In this document: piece by piece, positions 22,632-32,382 of the stretch | How the letters are laid out: the number at the start of each line of letters is the position of its first letter | Numbering within the stretch: position 1 is the first letter of the stretch | Source of the DNA: Monocercomonoides exilis PA203 | Taxonomy: Eukaryota; Protista; Preaxostyla | Assembly: GCA_001643675.2 (NCBI GenBank) | Contig: LSRY02000020.1 | Location: 868,001 to 932,000, forward strand | DNA length: 64,000 nt | Reading direction: 5' to 3' | Translations under genes and position numbers: made by a program | Notes under the pieces: generated by a model | Told to the model about the DNA's origin: nothing | Database searches by the model: none | Seen by the model: the letters and a program-made list of their open reading frames with translations, nothing else

Positions 22632-25600
22632 TCACTGAGATTCATCCAACGAGTATTCTTGATCGATTCCGAAATACGAGTCACACGTGATGTACAAACG
22701 AAGCTGTGATAGAATCCTCTTCTGCTCGCTGACTCGCTTCTTTTCATCAGAAATCTTCGCAGCCTCTCTCAATTCAGTCACTACACTTCCCTTCCAAATG
22801 CTCAGCTGTGCTTTTGCTTGGCGCATCTGCCTTCCAAACTTCATTCTCCTCAGGGCCATCAGCTCTCCTGTCTCTGGATTCCCCACAAACGCCATAAAGC
22901 CAACCGGAACGGGCTTGTTGAAGAATGGTGCATGCGCTTTGGATGTCAGATATCTATTTGTGCGAGTGAGTGTTACAGACACAGAAAACGGGGCATAGTC
23001 AAGAATAGCAACAGGATTCGTCGTATCTTCTGGAAGTGTTGGCTTTATGATTGAACCTTTCGAATCAAAGTTTATGTGTGTTCTGAAAGAAGTAGTCACA
23101 CGAGGAATTGAAGCGATGATTGTCTTCAGCTCTTGGATGCACTTAGAAGACAGAGATAGACTAGAAAGGATCGAATGAATAGAAACTGAGCTGCTTGTGT
23201 AAGGCGCATATGCACCCGATGAAGAAGATGCCTGGTGGGAGATGATTCTGATATCACCAGGGTCAAAGGAATTCTCGTTGTCTGCACTTTCTTCACTGGA
23301 AATAGCTCCATCGCGTCTGTTCTGCCTCGATTCGTCTCTCTCAGCCACGTAAAGCAGCTGCGGCAGGTAAATGATCGAGTTCTGCTCTGACAGCTGCCTG
23401 ACGACTCTATCAACAGCAACACTCCGCTCCCATTCAGGCACATCCAGTTCCTTTTCTTGGTTGAATTTGCTTTTGTCTTCTTCCTCTGACTCTTCCTCCT
23501 CTGACTCTTCGGATTCTTTTGCAAATTGCTCGTCTGATATCTCTTCGTATCCCATCAAACCTTCTTTTCTGGTTACGCTCGCCTTCTTCTTCTCTTTCTT
23601 CTTCTTCTTGCTCTTCTTCTTCTCCTCATCTGGTGGCTGAACAATCGCGTTGATATTGAACACCTGCCTGAGAGTGGAATCAGTGTTCATGCAAGCGTGA
23701 TAAAGCAGCTGGATGAGGTTTGAGGCGCGCAGGACAGGGTACAAGAAGCCAATCTCTGCCGACACATCGATCAGCGCCTGGAGCACACGGGGCAGTGAGC
23801 CGAGGACAGTTCTCAGATCGGTGATGAAATCAGGCGACGGCAGCGGCATCCGCATGAGGTGTGCCTCGACCGAGTAGAATGTCTTTGAGTGGGCAGAGTC
23901 GCAAGGGAGAGAAACGTGGTTGAACGGGAGCTGTTGCGAAAGCTCCCGCACTTTCTCGTCTTCGTTGTGCCTCACGGGAAGTAGAGCAAACTCCTTCGCC
24001 GACGCCGCCAGCAGCAGTACGTCGAAGATGGAGAAGTGGGAGAGAGGGGCAGGGTAGTGCTGCATGGTGAGCGGAGCCTCGGGTCTGGCACCAGCTGGGG
24101 GCAGCATCATCATCGCAGCATCGCTTGAAAGCGCATACGAAAAGCGGAAAAACGGAGAGCCAAAGGGAGTGTTGGCGTATGTGGTGAAAGGCGCGTGGAT
24201 CATGACCTGTGCGAATGGAGAGAGAGAGGCCAGGAGTTCTGTGTCTCCGAGCTCGATTCTCTGCTGCGTGAAGGCGTCCATCAGGCGGCGGGCAAACATG
24301 ATGGGTGTTTTGTAGCTCATGTAGTAGTATGATGCTATCTTCCCCAAGGGAAGTGATATAATCTGTGGAACTGGCTCTGCAATACGCTCGTCTTTGGATT
24401 TGGATTGGGACTTGTCTGATTGCTTTCCTCCTTTCTTTTTGGATTGAGGCTGTGATTGAGATTGCGATTGTGATTGAGATTTAGACAGAGCAGCTTTTCC
24501 TTTTGCATCTTTGTTCTTCCTTCCTCGTTTTGATGAGGCAGAAGGCGCAGATGGCAAGTCTGGAAACTCTTCAGGCGATGCCAAAGAAAGATTGTATACG
24601 CCGTCTTGCTCGCCATCTTCGTTCTCGCTAATTCCAACTGCTGAGTCAAATGCCTTTCCATCTTCCTCTTCGTCCCCACCAATCTCAAAGTAGTCATAAG
24701 TGAATAGCTTTTTGCGTGATGAATGCCTTCCTGCTTTGTTGCTGTTGTCTTCATCTTCGTCTTCATCTTCATCGTCTTCAAACAGCGCCATTCCACTCTT
24801 CATCATCTTCGGTGGTTTTGCATCGTCCATCAGTCCATTCACCCAGATGCACTTGCTCTTCATCAGGTCTCTCATTGTGTTCACACACATCAGCGACAGA
24901 TGCGCCTCGATTGCATCTCTATCATTGCTCGACACTCCATAGAACGACGGATTCGCCAGGATCCTCCGATAGAGATACGTCCATGACAAGTACGCACACG
25001 CATCTGCAACTGATTTCACTGAACCAGACGCAATCTCTGCGTTCATGTGGTCGTGGAGTGCAGTGTGGAGCGAGGACTCCACAGGGAACGGGGCATACAG
25101 AAACTTCTGGTAGAACTCCTTCCGCGCTGCCTCGCACATCACCACAGCCACACCAGATGTGTCGTACTGCGGTCTGCCTGCTCTTCCAATCATCTGAAGG
25201 AGATCAGTGATTGGATAAGGAACGTATGTGCAGGTTTCTGCATCGTGGAATTCAGTTCCCTTGATAATGACCAAACGAGCAGGAAGGTTGACTCCCCATG
25301 CCAATGTTGATGTGGACACCAGCACGAGAATCTTGGCACGTGCAAACAGACCTTCCACAAGCGACTTGTCCTCTTTGCCCAAACCAGCGTGGTGCAAGCC
25401 GATTCCAAAGGAGAGGAAGTGCGACAAGACGCTGTCCTGGCACTGCAGCTGCACCTCCTTCAGCTCGTCCTCTGTCATGTTCAGAAACTGCGTTGGCTGC
25501 TCGTCTGTTGCTGAGAACGTGACAATTGCTTCTGCAGTTAAACGTGTCTGCCTTCGAGATGCCACAAACACCAGCGCAGGTTTCCCTCCGCAGTGGTCTC

Positions 25601-28600
25601 TGATCGCGTTGTAGACCGGCCGGTTCATCGTTGCCATACGCGGGCAGAAGTGTCTTCCAGTGAAGGACTGGATATGCACTGTGGTTGGTACCGGCCGCAC
25701 ATCCGGGCGGAAGTTGAAGAGCCCTGCCTCGCCCACGCCCAGCCAATCAGCCAAGTCGTTCGCGTTAGCCAGAGCCGTCGACAGCCCCACAACTCGAATG
25801 GGCCTCCCTGTTTTTGCAGCGATGAAGCGTAGACGGGAAACAATAGCTTCAATGATGGGACCTCTATCCTGTCCCAGCATGTGCACCTCATCCAGAATCA
25901 GCAGAGCAACCCGCTGGACGAACTTCCTCGTGTTCCACGCACGCGACACACCATCCCACTTCTCAGGTGTGGAGCAGATCAGCTGTGCATTCTGAAGAGC
26001 TTTTTGATCAGGCACTGTTTCTCCAGTGAGCTCCACCACTTGAATTCCCAATGCAGGCGCCAGCCTCCGCGTCCAGTCGTCCATACGCTCCCGGACAAGT
26101 GCTTTTAGTGGGCCGATGTAGACAGCACAGGCATCGGGGTACTCTCTTGTCATGCGGAGGATGGCCAGCTCAGCGATGACTGTCTTTCCCGAGCCTGTTG
26201 GCGCGCCCATCAGGACAGAGTGGTCTGAGTGGAGACACACGTGGAAGCACTGCGTCTGCACTGGGTTGAAGTACGAGAAGCGGTACGTGCGCTCCAGCGG
26301 TGGGCATTTGAGGGCAGTGACTGGCAAAGGAAGCAAAGGAAGAAGTGATGTGTGAGAGATCATCCCAGTTGGGCGCGGGATGTGGGCGAGGAGAATTGGA
26401 AGTGACTGCTCAGCACCCAGCCAGCGATCAGAAAACACCCGGATGACGTATTCTTCGGGTGCTGGGTCGTGCAATGGGACAATGACAGACAAGAGATGGG
26501 AGTTTGGCATTAATCTGATGAGTGAGGTGGGAGAAAGAGAAGAAGATGCCTCAGATGCGCTTGACTCTGAAAAGTCCATCCGGTCGTATGAAGAAGCAGA
26601 AGCAGAGGTTGAGAAGAAAGATGACATGTACGACGAATGAGAAGAGAACGGCAAAGAAGAAGGTTCATCATCTTTCCCTTTCTTCCCACCCTTCCCTCTC
26701 TTGTTCCTATCACCCGCTCTATTCCTCCTGAATGTGACAGCCTCGCAGTGCAGCAGCTCGTCTCCGCGGGGATCTTCCACTGCCACCCAGAACGTCTCAG
26801 CCCCGCCGTGGATGCCTGCCGCCCAGCGCCAGAGCGGATGCACCGCAATGTCCAGGCGCAGCACGTTGTGTGTCACAGGCTTCACTTCACAGTCGATCGC
26901 CACACGCGGAAACTGCTTCGCCGCATCCCGCACCAGCTGCACAGAGCTTCGGATGTGCAGAATCGAGAACAGGTCGCCGTCGTTCATCTGCAAAATATCC
27001 TCAATGCCGATGCGCTTTTCAGTCAGGATGCGTTTCGCTGCTGGCGGGATGGAAGTGATCTGTGAAAGTGGATGCTCCCACCACCACATCTGTCGCTCGG
27101 CACACAAACACAGCTCGTGCAGCCTGGCAGTCTGTGTGCTCCATCTCTTCCGCATCGCCACCTCAAACAGCGCACGCAGCAGACGCGGGATCTGCTGCCC
27201 CAAGTAGTTGATATCACACTGCAGTGAGAAGATGATTGGGCGGTATTTGCTGATGTATGCTTGTGACAGCACATTCGCCTTGAATTCGGGTCCATCATTG
27301 CCTGCTGCTAAGCGGGATCCCTGTGATTTGCCGTCTTTTGCGCTTGCCCCTGCTCTCTGCACACGCTCTTCCACCACATCTGCCTGTTCTCCCACGATGT
27401 GGAGTGTTGCTGTGGACGAAGTTGCAGACAAAATGTGGATGGGACACAGCGACGACTCCGAAATCTGTTTCAGCTCCACGCTTTCCTCCTGCCTTTCTTT
27501 GAACTGCGAGAACTCCTGACATTTAGACAGCATGTGGAACACACCCGCATCAGTGAGCGAGGGAGTGAGGGTGTTGCAGATGAGCTCCATCGACTCCGGG
27601 TGCACGTAGAAGTGCGACCCTACGCGGCCGAAGTCGGTGGGTGCCATGATTCCTGTCTGTGGATTGTACCGCAGCATGCGCAGGCGCGACAGAAAGACAG
27701 CTGCCCTTTCCACCAGCTCGAACAGATACGACGCCAAGTTCGGGTCGTCCTGGACAACCTCGCGCGGCACACCGTACTGCATCGGGTTCGCCTTCATCCG
27801 CACAAACAGGTAAGTAAACTGCAGCCACCGAATTGCCTCTGACGTGCTTCCAACAGAGCCCAGGGCCACTTCTGCGTTCAGATGCGCAGGCAGCTCTTCC
27901 ATCAGATGCGACTCGATCGGCGCAGAGCACGTGACAGAGCGGATTGTCGGCACCAGCTTCTCCTGCGACGTGATCAGCGTTGCCTCGCCGCTCGTGTCGT
28001 ACTGCGGACGCCCAGCACGCCCCACCATCTGCATAATGTCCAGCCCAGAAATATCGTCCATCTTTCCCTTTTTCGGGTTGTAGAACTCGAGCCCTTTGAT
28101 CACCACAGAGTGTGCGGGAAGGTTCACCCCCCAGGCGAGCGTGGATGTGCACACAAGCACCCGCACATACCCTTCGCGGAACATTTCTTCGACGATGTTT
28201 CTGTCTGACCGCAGAAGTCCTGCATGATGCACAGCCACGCCATTCCGCGCCAGAATCGGAATGTCTTCGGCCCGCAGGCGGTTCAAAAGATTTTCAAAGC
28301 GGGAGATTTTGTCTGATGCCACATGAGGCACAAATAGATCAAGCGCATCTGCATCGTAGCCGTTGACATCTTCCCCGTCGATTGGCTGGTTTCGTGCTTC
28401 AATGTCTTCTTCTGCTCCTGCTTGACCTGGTCGAGCACCATTTGCTCCCGCTTGTCCTGCACCAGCGCCTGCTCCTGCTCCTCTTCCCACTCCAGCGCCT
28501 GCCCCAGCAGCTCCTTCTCTATCAGCAACATTCCATCCATCGCGCTCAAACCTCCTCTGCCTCCGAAGCTCTCTCCGCTCGGCATCCGTCAGAACTCTTC

Positions 28601-31600
28601 CTCTTCCTCTTCCTCTTCCCTGGCCTCTCCCTTGCCCTCTGCCCGCAGCTGCTCCTCTTCCACCTCTTCCTCTTCCTCTGCCTTGCACCATCATCCCATC
28701 CCGAACCATCTGCATCTCTTCTCTGTTTCCAATGCGCCGCACCGCCCTGCCCCACTGCTCCAGCCCTGTTCGCATCCCATCTCTTCTCCTTGCTCCTCCA
28801 TTCCCTTCACCCTCTTCTCCGTCCACTTCATCTTCGTTTCCTCCTCCTCTGACTTCCTCGCCTTCTCCTGCCTGGTTCTCCCAGTCTTCGTCTTCATCCC
28901 AGAACTCATCGTCCTCATCAAACAAGTCCTCGTCTTCATCACCCGCACCCAAAACACCGTTGGCCCTACCTCTTCTCCTTCCGTTCCTAATGCCTCTAAT
29001 ATTTGCCTCGGGTGCTCTGTACTTCACTCTCGTCTGCATCCTCCCTCCGCTCTGCTCCTGTGCAAACGCAATCAGCGCACGTCCTGTCTTCACAGTGTCT
29101 GCACGCGAGTGCACAAACACTAAAACCTGCTCGTCTTTCTTCAGTGCACGCTTCACTATGCGGTAGGCCGCCTCGTTGAAGAACGATCGCTGCTGCTCCA
29201 TTGTGTAGTTGTACATGTGCAGCCCGACAAAGCCCAGCTGCAAGGGAACAGCACGATAAGAGTCCGGGAAGAAGAACAATCCACGTGAGGGATTTACGCG
29301 GAGAAACGAAGCAACATCGCGGTAGTTTGGCAGAGTGGCTGAGAGGCCGACAATACGGATCATCGACTGTGACTGCATCACCTGTCTCAGCGTGCGTGCC
29401 ACAATCGCCTCGATGACAGAGCCTCTATCGTCGTTCAGCAGATGCACCTCATCGATGATCAACAGCGCAGTCGAGGCAGCAGCCAGAGAATCCACTCCTT
29501 TTCTGGTGATGGCGTCCCATTTTTCCGGCGTGACCACAATTAAGTGTGCACTGGCAATCTCCTGCGGAGTGAGCTGTGTGTCTCCTGTGAGCTCTCTTGT
29601 CACGAGGCCGAGTGTGGCGAGGCGCGCGCCCAGCCCTGCCACCATTTCAGACGCCAGTGCTTTCATTGGCGCGATGTAGATCATCTTCACAGGCGCAGGA
29701 ACGGGAGCGGTTTTCTTGTTCTTTTTGGATTGATTTGGAGTGAAGGGGTTTTTGGGTTGCTTGGAGGGAAGGTTGGATCGATGTGCTTGGTGAAGTGAAG
29801 AAGAAGAAGAAGTAGAAGTAGAAGAAGAAGAAGAAGATGATGAGGAGGAAGAAGAAGAAGAGGAAGGAGAAAGTGAAGATGACTGAGATCTGTTAGGAGA
29901 TGGTGAAGTTGATCTGTAGACATCGTCACTGTTTGCTGCGTCTGAAGAAGGCGAGCTATTTCTCGCAGGCGACAGAGAAAGAGAATGCACAGGAGGTGTG
30001 TTGACTGGTGGAGGAGTTGTGAAATGCTCCATGTCTTCGCCAAATCCTTCGGCTGTGCTGAGCACCTCATCGTCTGCTGCACACTCCATCTCTTCTCCTT
30101 CCCTCGCATCACCACATCCTGCCTTGTGGCCTTCCTTCCCATTGCTCTCTTTGTTTGCCCCTTTCTTCTGCATCTCGTCTCCCTTGTTCAGATAGAACAT
30201 CCCGATCGTGCGGAGCATGGCAAGCACAGCAATCACTGTCTTCCCTGCCCCCGTGGGTGCGCAGACAAGCATGTTCTCGTTCGTTCTGAACGCCGTCTCA
30301 AACACCCGCGACTGGATGCGGTTCAGCCGCTGCAGCCCAAACAGAGCCGGCCGCGCCCACGCATCGATCTCGTCCACGGGGAGCAGCCGCTCTCCTTCCT
30401 GCAGAGGCTCCGGCTGTGTGACAGGGAAGATGATCTCTTCTCCACCTGTCTCGTTCTCCACACCAAAGTGCGGGAGCGCAAACTGCCTCATGCCACCGAA
30501 GGGGCCGTCACCACGCCTGTGGTTCTGTCTTCCGATATCGTCCCCGTCTTCCCCAGCAGCCAGTGCTCTGCGCCTTCTCGTCTCGAAGATGGTTCCCAAT
30601 GCGCCCAGCTTTGGCGTATCGAAGGGACGGCGCTGTGTGCCTGGCGGGAGCGAGATGCCTGTCTGCTTCGGCAGCGCGTTCGGCGACTCTGAGCGCTCGC
30701 GATGTTTCTCCTTCTCCTTCGCCGCCGCGATGCTCTGAAGCAGCTTGGACGTCGGGTCCTTTGCAGCAGAGCCAGCTGTCGGAGCAGGAGACGTCGCTCT
30801 CCCCAGTCTCGAGTTGCGTGCCTGCGGTCCGCCTTTCACCACGCCCAGCGCAAGTGCCATCTCCCACTGGTCTTGTGTGATGCCCTTCAACGCGGACTCC
30901 ATTCCTCTCTGCAGCACCCGCCGCTCGGTTTTGGACGCATTCCTGTTGGCGATATCCTCTTCGGTGGTGATGGAGAATGAACCGCCATAGCCTAAAGTCC
31001 GCGTCTTGGATCCATTTGAAGCAGGAGGAGGAGAAACACTGCCGTCTTCGAAGTCATCGCTTGTGATGACGCCGTTGCTTCCTTCGCCGAAGCACTTTCT
31101 GAAGGCCGCCCGCTTCGAAACAAGGTCAGAGACGAATTCAGCACCTTCGTCGCCAAGCAATGAGAGCAGCTCCATTGCCAGCGTGTCGTCGTTTTCGGAG
31201 CGCGGGTCGCTCGAGAGAAGTGTCCTCATCATCGACATCATCTCGTCAGGCTCCATTCCCATCGACTGATCATCAATTTGTGCTGCTCCTTTCTTCTTCG
31301 ATGATTTGGAAGTTTGACTTTTTTGGCTTCCTCTAATTGAAATGATTGATGCAACACATGTTTGGAGAAGTTCGTTGAGATCTCCAGATGTCAGTGAGGC
31401 GTTCTGCTTCGCTATCTTCTTCGCTTCTTTTACGGCTTTGTTTACTGCAATAAACTTATGAATTACGGTTTTAGGTTGAATAACTGAAAATACATCATTA
31501 GACGTGTGACCTTCCCACATAAATGAAATGTCTTTTCCATATTCATTTGCGGACATATTAGCCATTGGGGTTATTCGAACATCTGTAATCAATTTCATTG

Positions 31601-32144
31601 CTTTCTTTGATATTTGAGCATCCAAAAATCTCTGCCGATAATGAAAAAGATCTTCTGCTAAAGATATAAGCGAATTTTGTTCTGTTTGAGTTACACGGTG
31701 AAAGAGATTCGTAATTTTCTGCCTTTTTTTTGAAAGAGAAATTTCACCCGAAGAAAGGCTATCATACAGAGCCCTTGCAGTTCCTTCCAGATCCTCTTCC
31801 GTCAATACTTCATCTCCCCACAACTTAACAATTAAAGTAATGAATGAGTCGTATTTTTGCTGAAGAGCCTTTGATGTTGCATTGTCCAAAGAATGAGGAT
31901 CGACTGTAAGCCATTCCCAAGAAAATGATGTAGCCTCATTCATTTCAGGTGTTTGAACCTTCTTCTTTTTATTTTCATAACGTCTCCGAAGTGCTAAAAG
32001 ATCTTCATGAGAACGCACTTGGGCTTGAGGGAGACATAATCTTCGTAAAGTCCCCGACAATCGCGGAGGCTCACGCATATATGTCGAGTCTTGCTGCACA
32101 ACTGGCGATAAAGGAGGAGAAGTAGGTGGAGATGAAAATGACAT
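22632..32144 (-). CDS. ASCC3: Ski2-like tandem helicase ASCC3/Slh1 (two DExH cassettes + Sec63 domains), 3170 aa, intronless
   Basis: Cassette 1: APTGAGKT, YIAPMKALA, DEVHLL, GLSATLPNY, HHAGL, GRAGRPQYD. Cassette 2: APTGSGKT, YIGPLKALVRER, GLSTALANA, HFCPRM, SRRQTRLTA, PVRHNED. The second-cassette motifs are ASCC3-type rather than Brr2-type. Confidence 0.9.
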   Translation of the reverse strand: MSFSSPPTSPPLSPVVQQDSTYMREPPRLSGTLRRLCLPQAQVRSHEDLLALRRRYENKKKKVQTPEMNEATSFSWEWLTVDPHSLDNATSKALQQKYDSFITLIVKLWGDEVLTEEDLEGTARALYDSLSSGEISLSKKRQKITNLFHRVTQTEQNSLISLAEDLFHYRQRFLDAQISKKAMKLITDVRITPMANMSANEYGKDISFMWEGHTSNDVFSVIQPKTVIHKFIAVNKAVKEAKKIAKQNASLTSGDLNELLQTCVASIISIRGSQKSQTSKSSKKKGAAQIDDQSMGMEPDEMMSMMRTLLSSDPRSENDDTLAMELLSLLGDEGAEFVSDLVSKRAAFRKCFGEGSNGVITSDDFEDGSVSPPPASNGSKTRTLGYGGSFSITTEEDIANRNASKTERRVLQRGMESALKGITQDQWEMALALGVVKGGPQARNSRLGRATSPAPTAGSAAKDPTSKLLQSIAAAKEKEKHRERSESPNALPKQTGISLPPGTQRRPFDTPKLGALGTIFETRRRRALAAGEDGDDIGRQNHRRGDGPFGGMRQFALPHFGVENETGGEEIIFPVTQPEPLQEGERLLPVDEIDAWARPALFGLQRLNRIQSRVFETAFRTNENMLVCAPTGAGKTVIAVLAMLRTIGMFYLNKGDEMQKKGANKESNGKEGHKAGCGDAREGEEMECAADDEVLSTAEGFGEDMEHFTTPPPVNTPPVHSLSLSPARNSSPSSDAANSDDVYRSTSPSPNRSQSSSLSPSSSSSSSSSSSSSSSTSTSSSSSLHQAHRSNLPSKQPKNPFTPNQSKKNKKTAPVPAPVKMIYIAPMKALASEMVAGLGARLATLGLVTRELTGDTQLTPQEIASAHLIVVTPEKWDAITRKGVDSLAAASTALLIIDEVHLLNDDRGSVIEAIVARTLRQVMQSQSMIRIVGLSATLPNYRDVASFLRVNPSRGLFFFPDSYRAVPLQLGFVGLHMYNYTMEQQRSFFNEAAYRIVKRALKKDEQVLVFVHSRADTVKTGRALIAFAQEQSGGRMQTRVKYRAPEANIRGIRNGRRRGRANGVLGAGDEDEDLFDEDDEFWDEDEDWENQAGEGEEVRGGGNEDEVDGEEGEGNGGARRRDGMRTGLEQWGRAVRRIGNREEMQMVRDGMMVQGRGRGRGGRGAAAGRGQGRGQGRGRGRGRVLTDAERRELRRQRRFERDGWNVADREGAAGAGAGVGRGAGAGAGAGQAGANGARPGQAGAEEDIEARNQPIDGEDVNGYDADALDLFVPHVASDKISRFENLLNRLRAEDIPILARNGVAVHHAGLLRSDRNIVEEMFREGYVRVLVCTSTLAWGVNLPAHSVVIKGLEFYNPKKGKMDDISGLDIMQMVGRAGRPQYDTSGEATLITSQEKLVPTIRSVTCSAPIESHLMEELPAHLNAEVALGSVGSTSEAIRWLQFTYLFVRMKANPMQYGVPREVVQDDPNLASYLFELVERAAVFLSRLRMLRYNPQTGIMAPTDFGRVGSHFYVHPESMELICNTLTPSLTDAGVFHMLSKCQEFSQFKERQEESVELKQISESSLCPIHILSATSSTATLHIVGEQADVVEERVQRAGASAKDGKSQGSRLAAGNDGPEFKANVLSQAYISKYRPIIFSLQCDINYLGQQIPRLLRALFEVAMRKRWSTQTARLHELCLCAERQMWWWEHPLSQITSIPPAAKRILTEKRIGIEDILQMNDGDLFSILHIRSSVQLVRDAAKQFPRVAIDCEVKPVTHNVLRLDIAVHPLWRWAAGIHGGAETFWVAVEDPRGDELLHCEAVTFRRNRAGDRNKRGKGGKKGKDDEPSSLPFSSHSSYMSSFFSTSASASSYDRMDFSESSASEASSSLSPTSLIRLMPNSHLLSVIVPLHDPAPEEYVIRVFSDRWLGAEQSLPILLAHIPRPTGMISHTSLLPLLPLPVTALKCPPLERTYRFSYFNPVQTQCFHVCLHSDHSVLMGAPTGSGKTVIAELAILRMTREYPDACAVYIGPLKALVRERMDDWTRRLAPALGIQVVELTGETVPDQKALQNAQLICSTPEKWDGVSRAWNTRKFVQRVALLILDEVHMLGQDRGPIIEAIVSRLRFIAAKTGRPIRVVGLSTALANANDLADWLGVGEAGLFNFRPDVRPVPTTVHIQSFTGRHFCPRMATMNRPVYNAIRDHCGGKPALVFVASRRQTRLTAEAIVTFSATDEQPTQFLNMTEDELKEVQLQCQDSVLSHFLSFGIGLHHAGLGKEDKSLVEGLFARAKILVLVSTSTLAWGVNLPARLVIIKGTEFHDAETCTYVPYPITDLLQMIGRAGRPQYDTSGVAVVMCEAARKEFYQKFLYAPFPVESSLHTALHDHMNAEIASGSVKSVADACAYLSWTYLYRRILANPSFYGVSSNDRDAIEAHLSLMCVNTMRDLMKSKCIWVNGLMDDAKPPKMMKSGMALFEDDEDEDEDEDNSNKAGRHSSRKKLFTYDYFEIGGDEEEDGKAFDSAVGISENEDGEQDGVYNLSLASPEEFPDLPSAPSASSKRGRKNKDAKGKAALSKSQSQSQSQSQPQSKKKGGKQSDKSQSKSKDERIAEPVPQIISLPLGKIASYYYMSYKTPIMFARRLMDAFTQQRIELGDTELLASLSPFAQVMIHAPFTTYANTPFGSPFFRFSYALSSDAAMMMLPPAGARPEAPLTMQHYPAPLSHFSIFDVLLLAASAKEFALLPVRHNEDEKVRELSQQLPFNHVSLPCDSAHSKTFYSVEAHLMRMPLPSPDFITDLRTVLGSLPRVLQALIDVSAEIGFLYPVLRASNLIQLLYHACMNTDSTLRQVFNINAIVQPPDEEKKKSKKKKKEKKKASVTRKEGLMGYEEISDEQFAKESEESEEEESEEEDKSKFNQEKELDVPEWERSVAVDRVVRQLSEQNSIIYLPQLLYVAERDESRQNRRDGAISSEESADNENSFDPGDIRIISHQASSSSGAYAPYTSSSVSIHSILSSLSLSSKCIQELKTIIASIPRVTTSFRTHINFDSKGSIIKPTLPEDTTNPVAILDYAPFSVSVTLTRTNRYLTSKAHAPFFNKPVPVGFMAFVGNPETGELMALRRMKFGRQMRQAKAQLSIWKGSVVTELREAAKISDEKKRVSEQKRILSQLRLYITCDSYFGIDQEYSLDESQ

Positions 32145-32382
32145 TTAAACGAAAAACCAGTTGAACAGAGAAAAAAAAGAAAGATCAATATTTGAAGAAA
32201 ATTTTGTAATGGCACATTATGTGTTTTTAAAATCTGATATTTGATTTGCATTGCTTTGTTTGTGTTCGATTTTTTATAAGTCACATTAAGCGAAAATATT
32301 GAATCATATATATACCTATTGAGCGTATGTCTCTCTTTATTTACAAAAATTGAACAATTTTCTCTTTTTAACAAGTTTTTTC
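32145..32382. promoter_or_regulatory. Probable bidirectional promoter region (238 bp)
   Basis: Head-to-head start codons at 32144 (-) and 32383 (+) separated by a short AT-rich spacer. No specific element identified. Confidence 0.5.

Noticed and set aside
22687-31269. Many antisense and alternate-frame ORFs within ASCC3 (similarly within other long genes)
   Set aside because: Expected shadows of GC-richer coding sequence and trinucleotide repeats, with no independent motifs.
22632-32144. Brr2/SNRNP200 assignment for the tandem helicase
   Set aside because: The second cassette has ASCC3-type motifs (KALVRER, STALANA, HFCPRM, SRRQTRLTA, PVRHNED).
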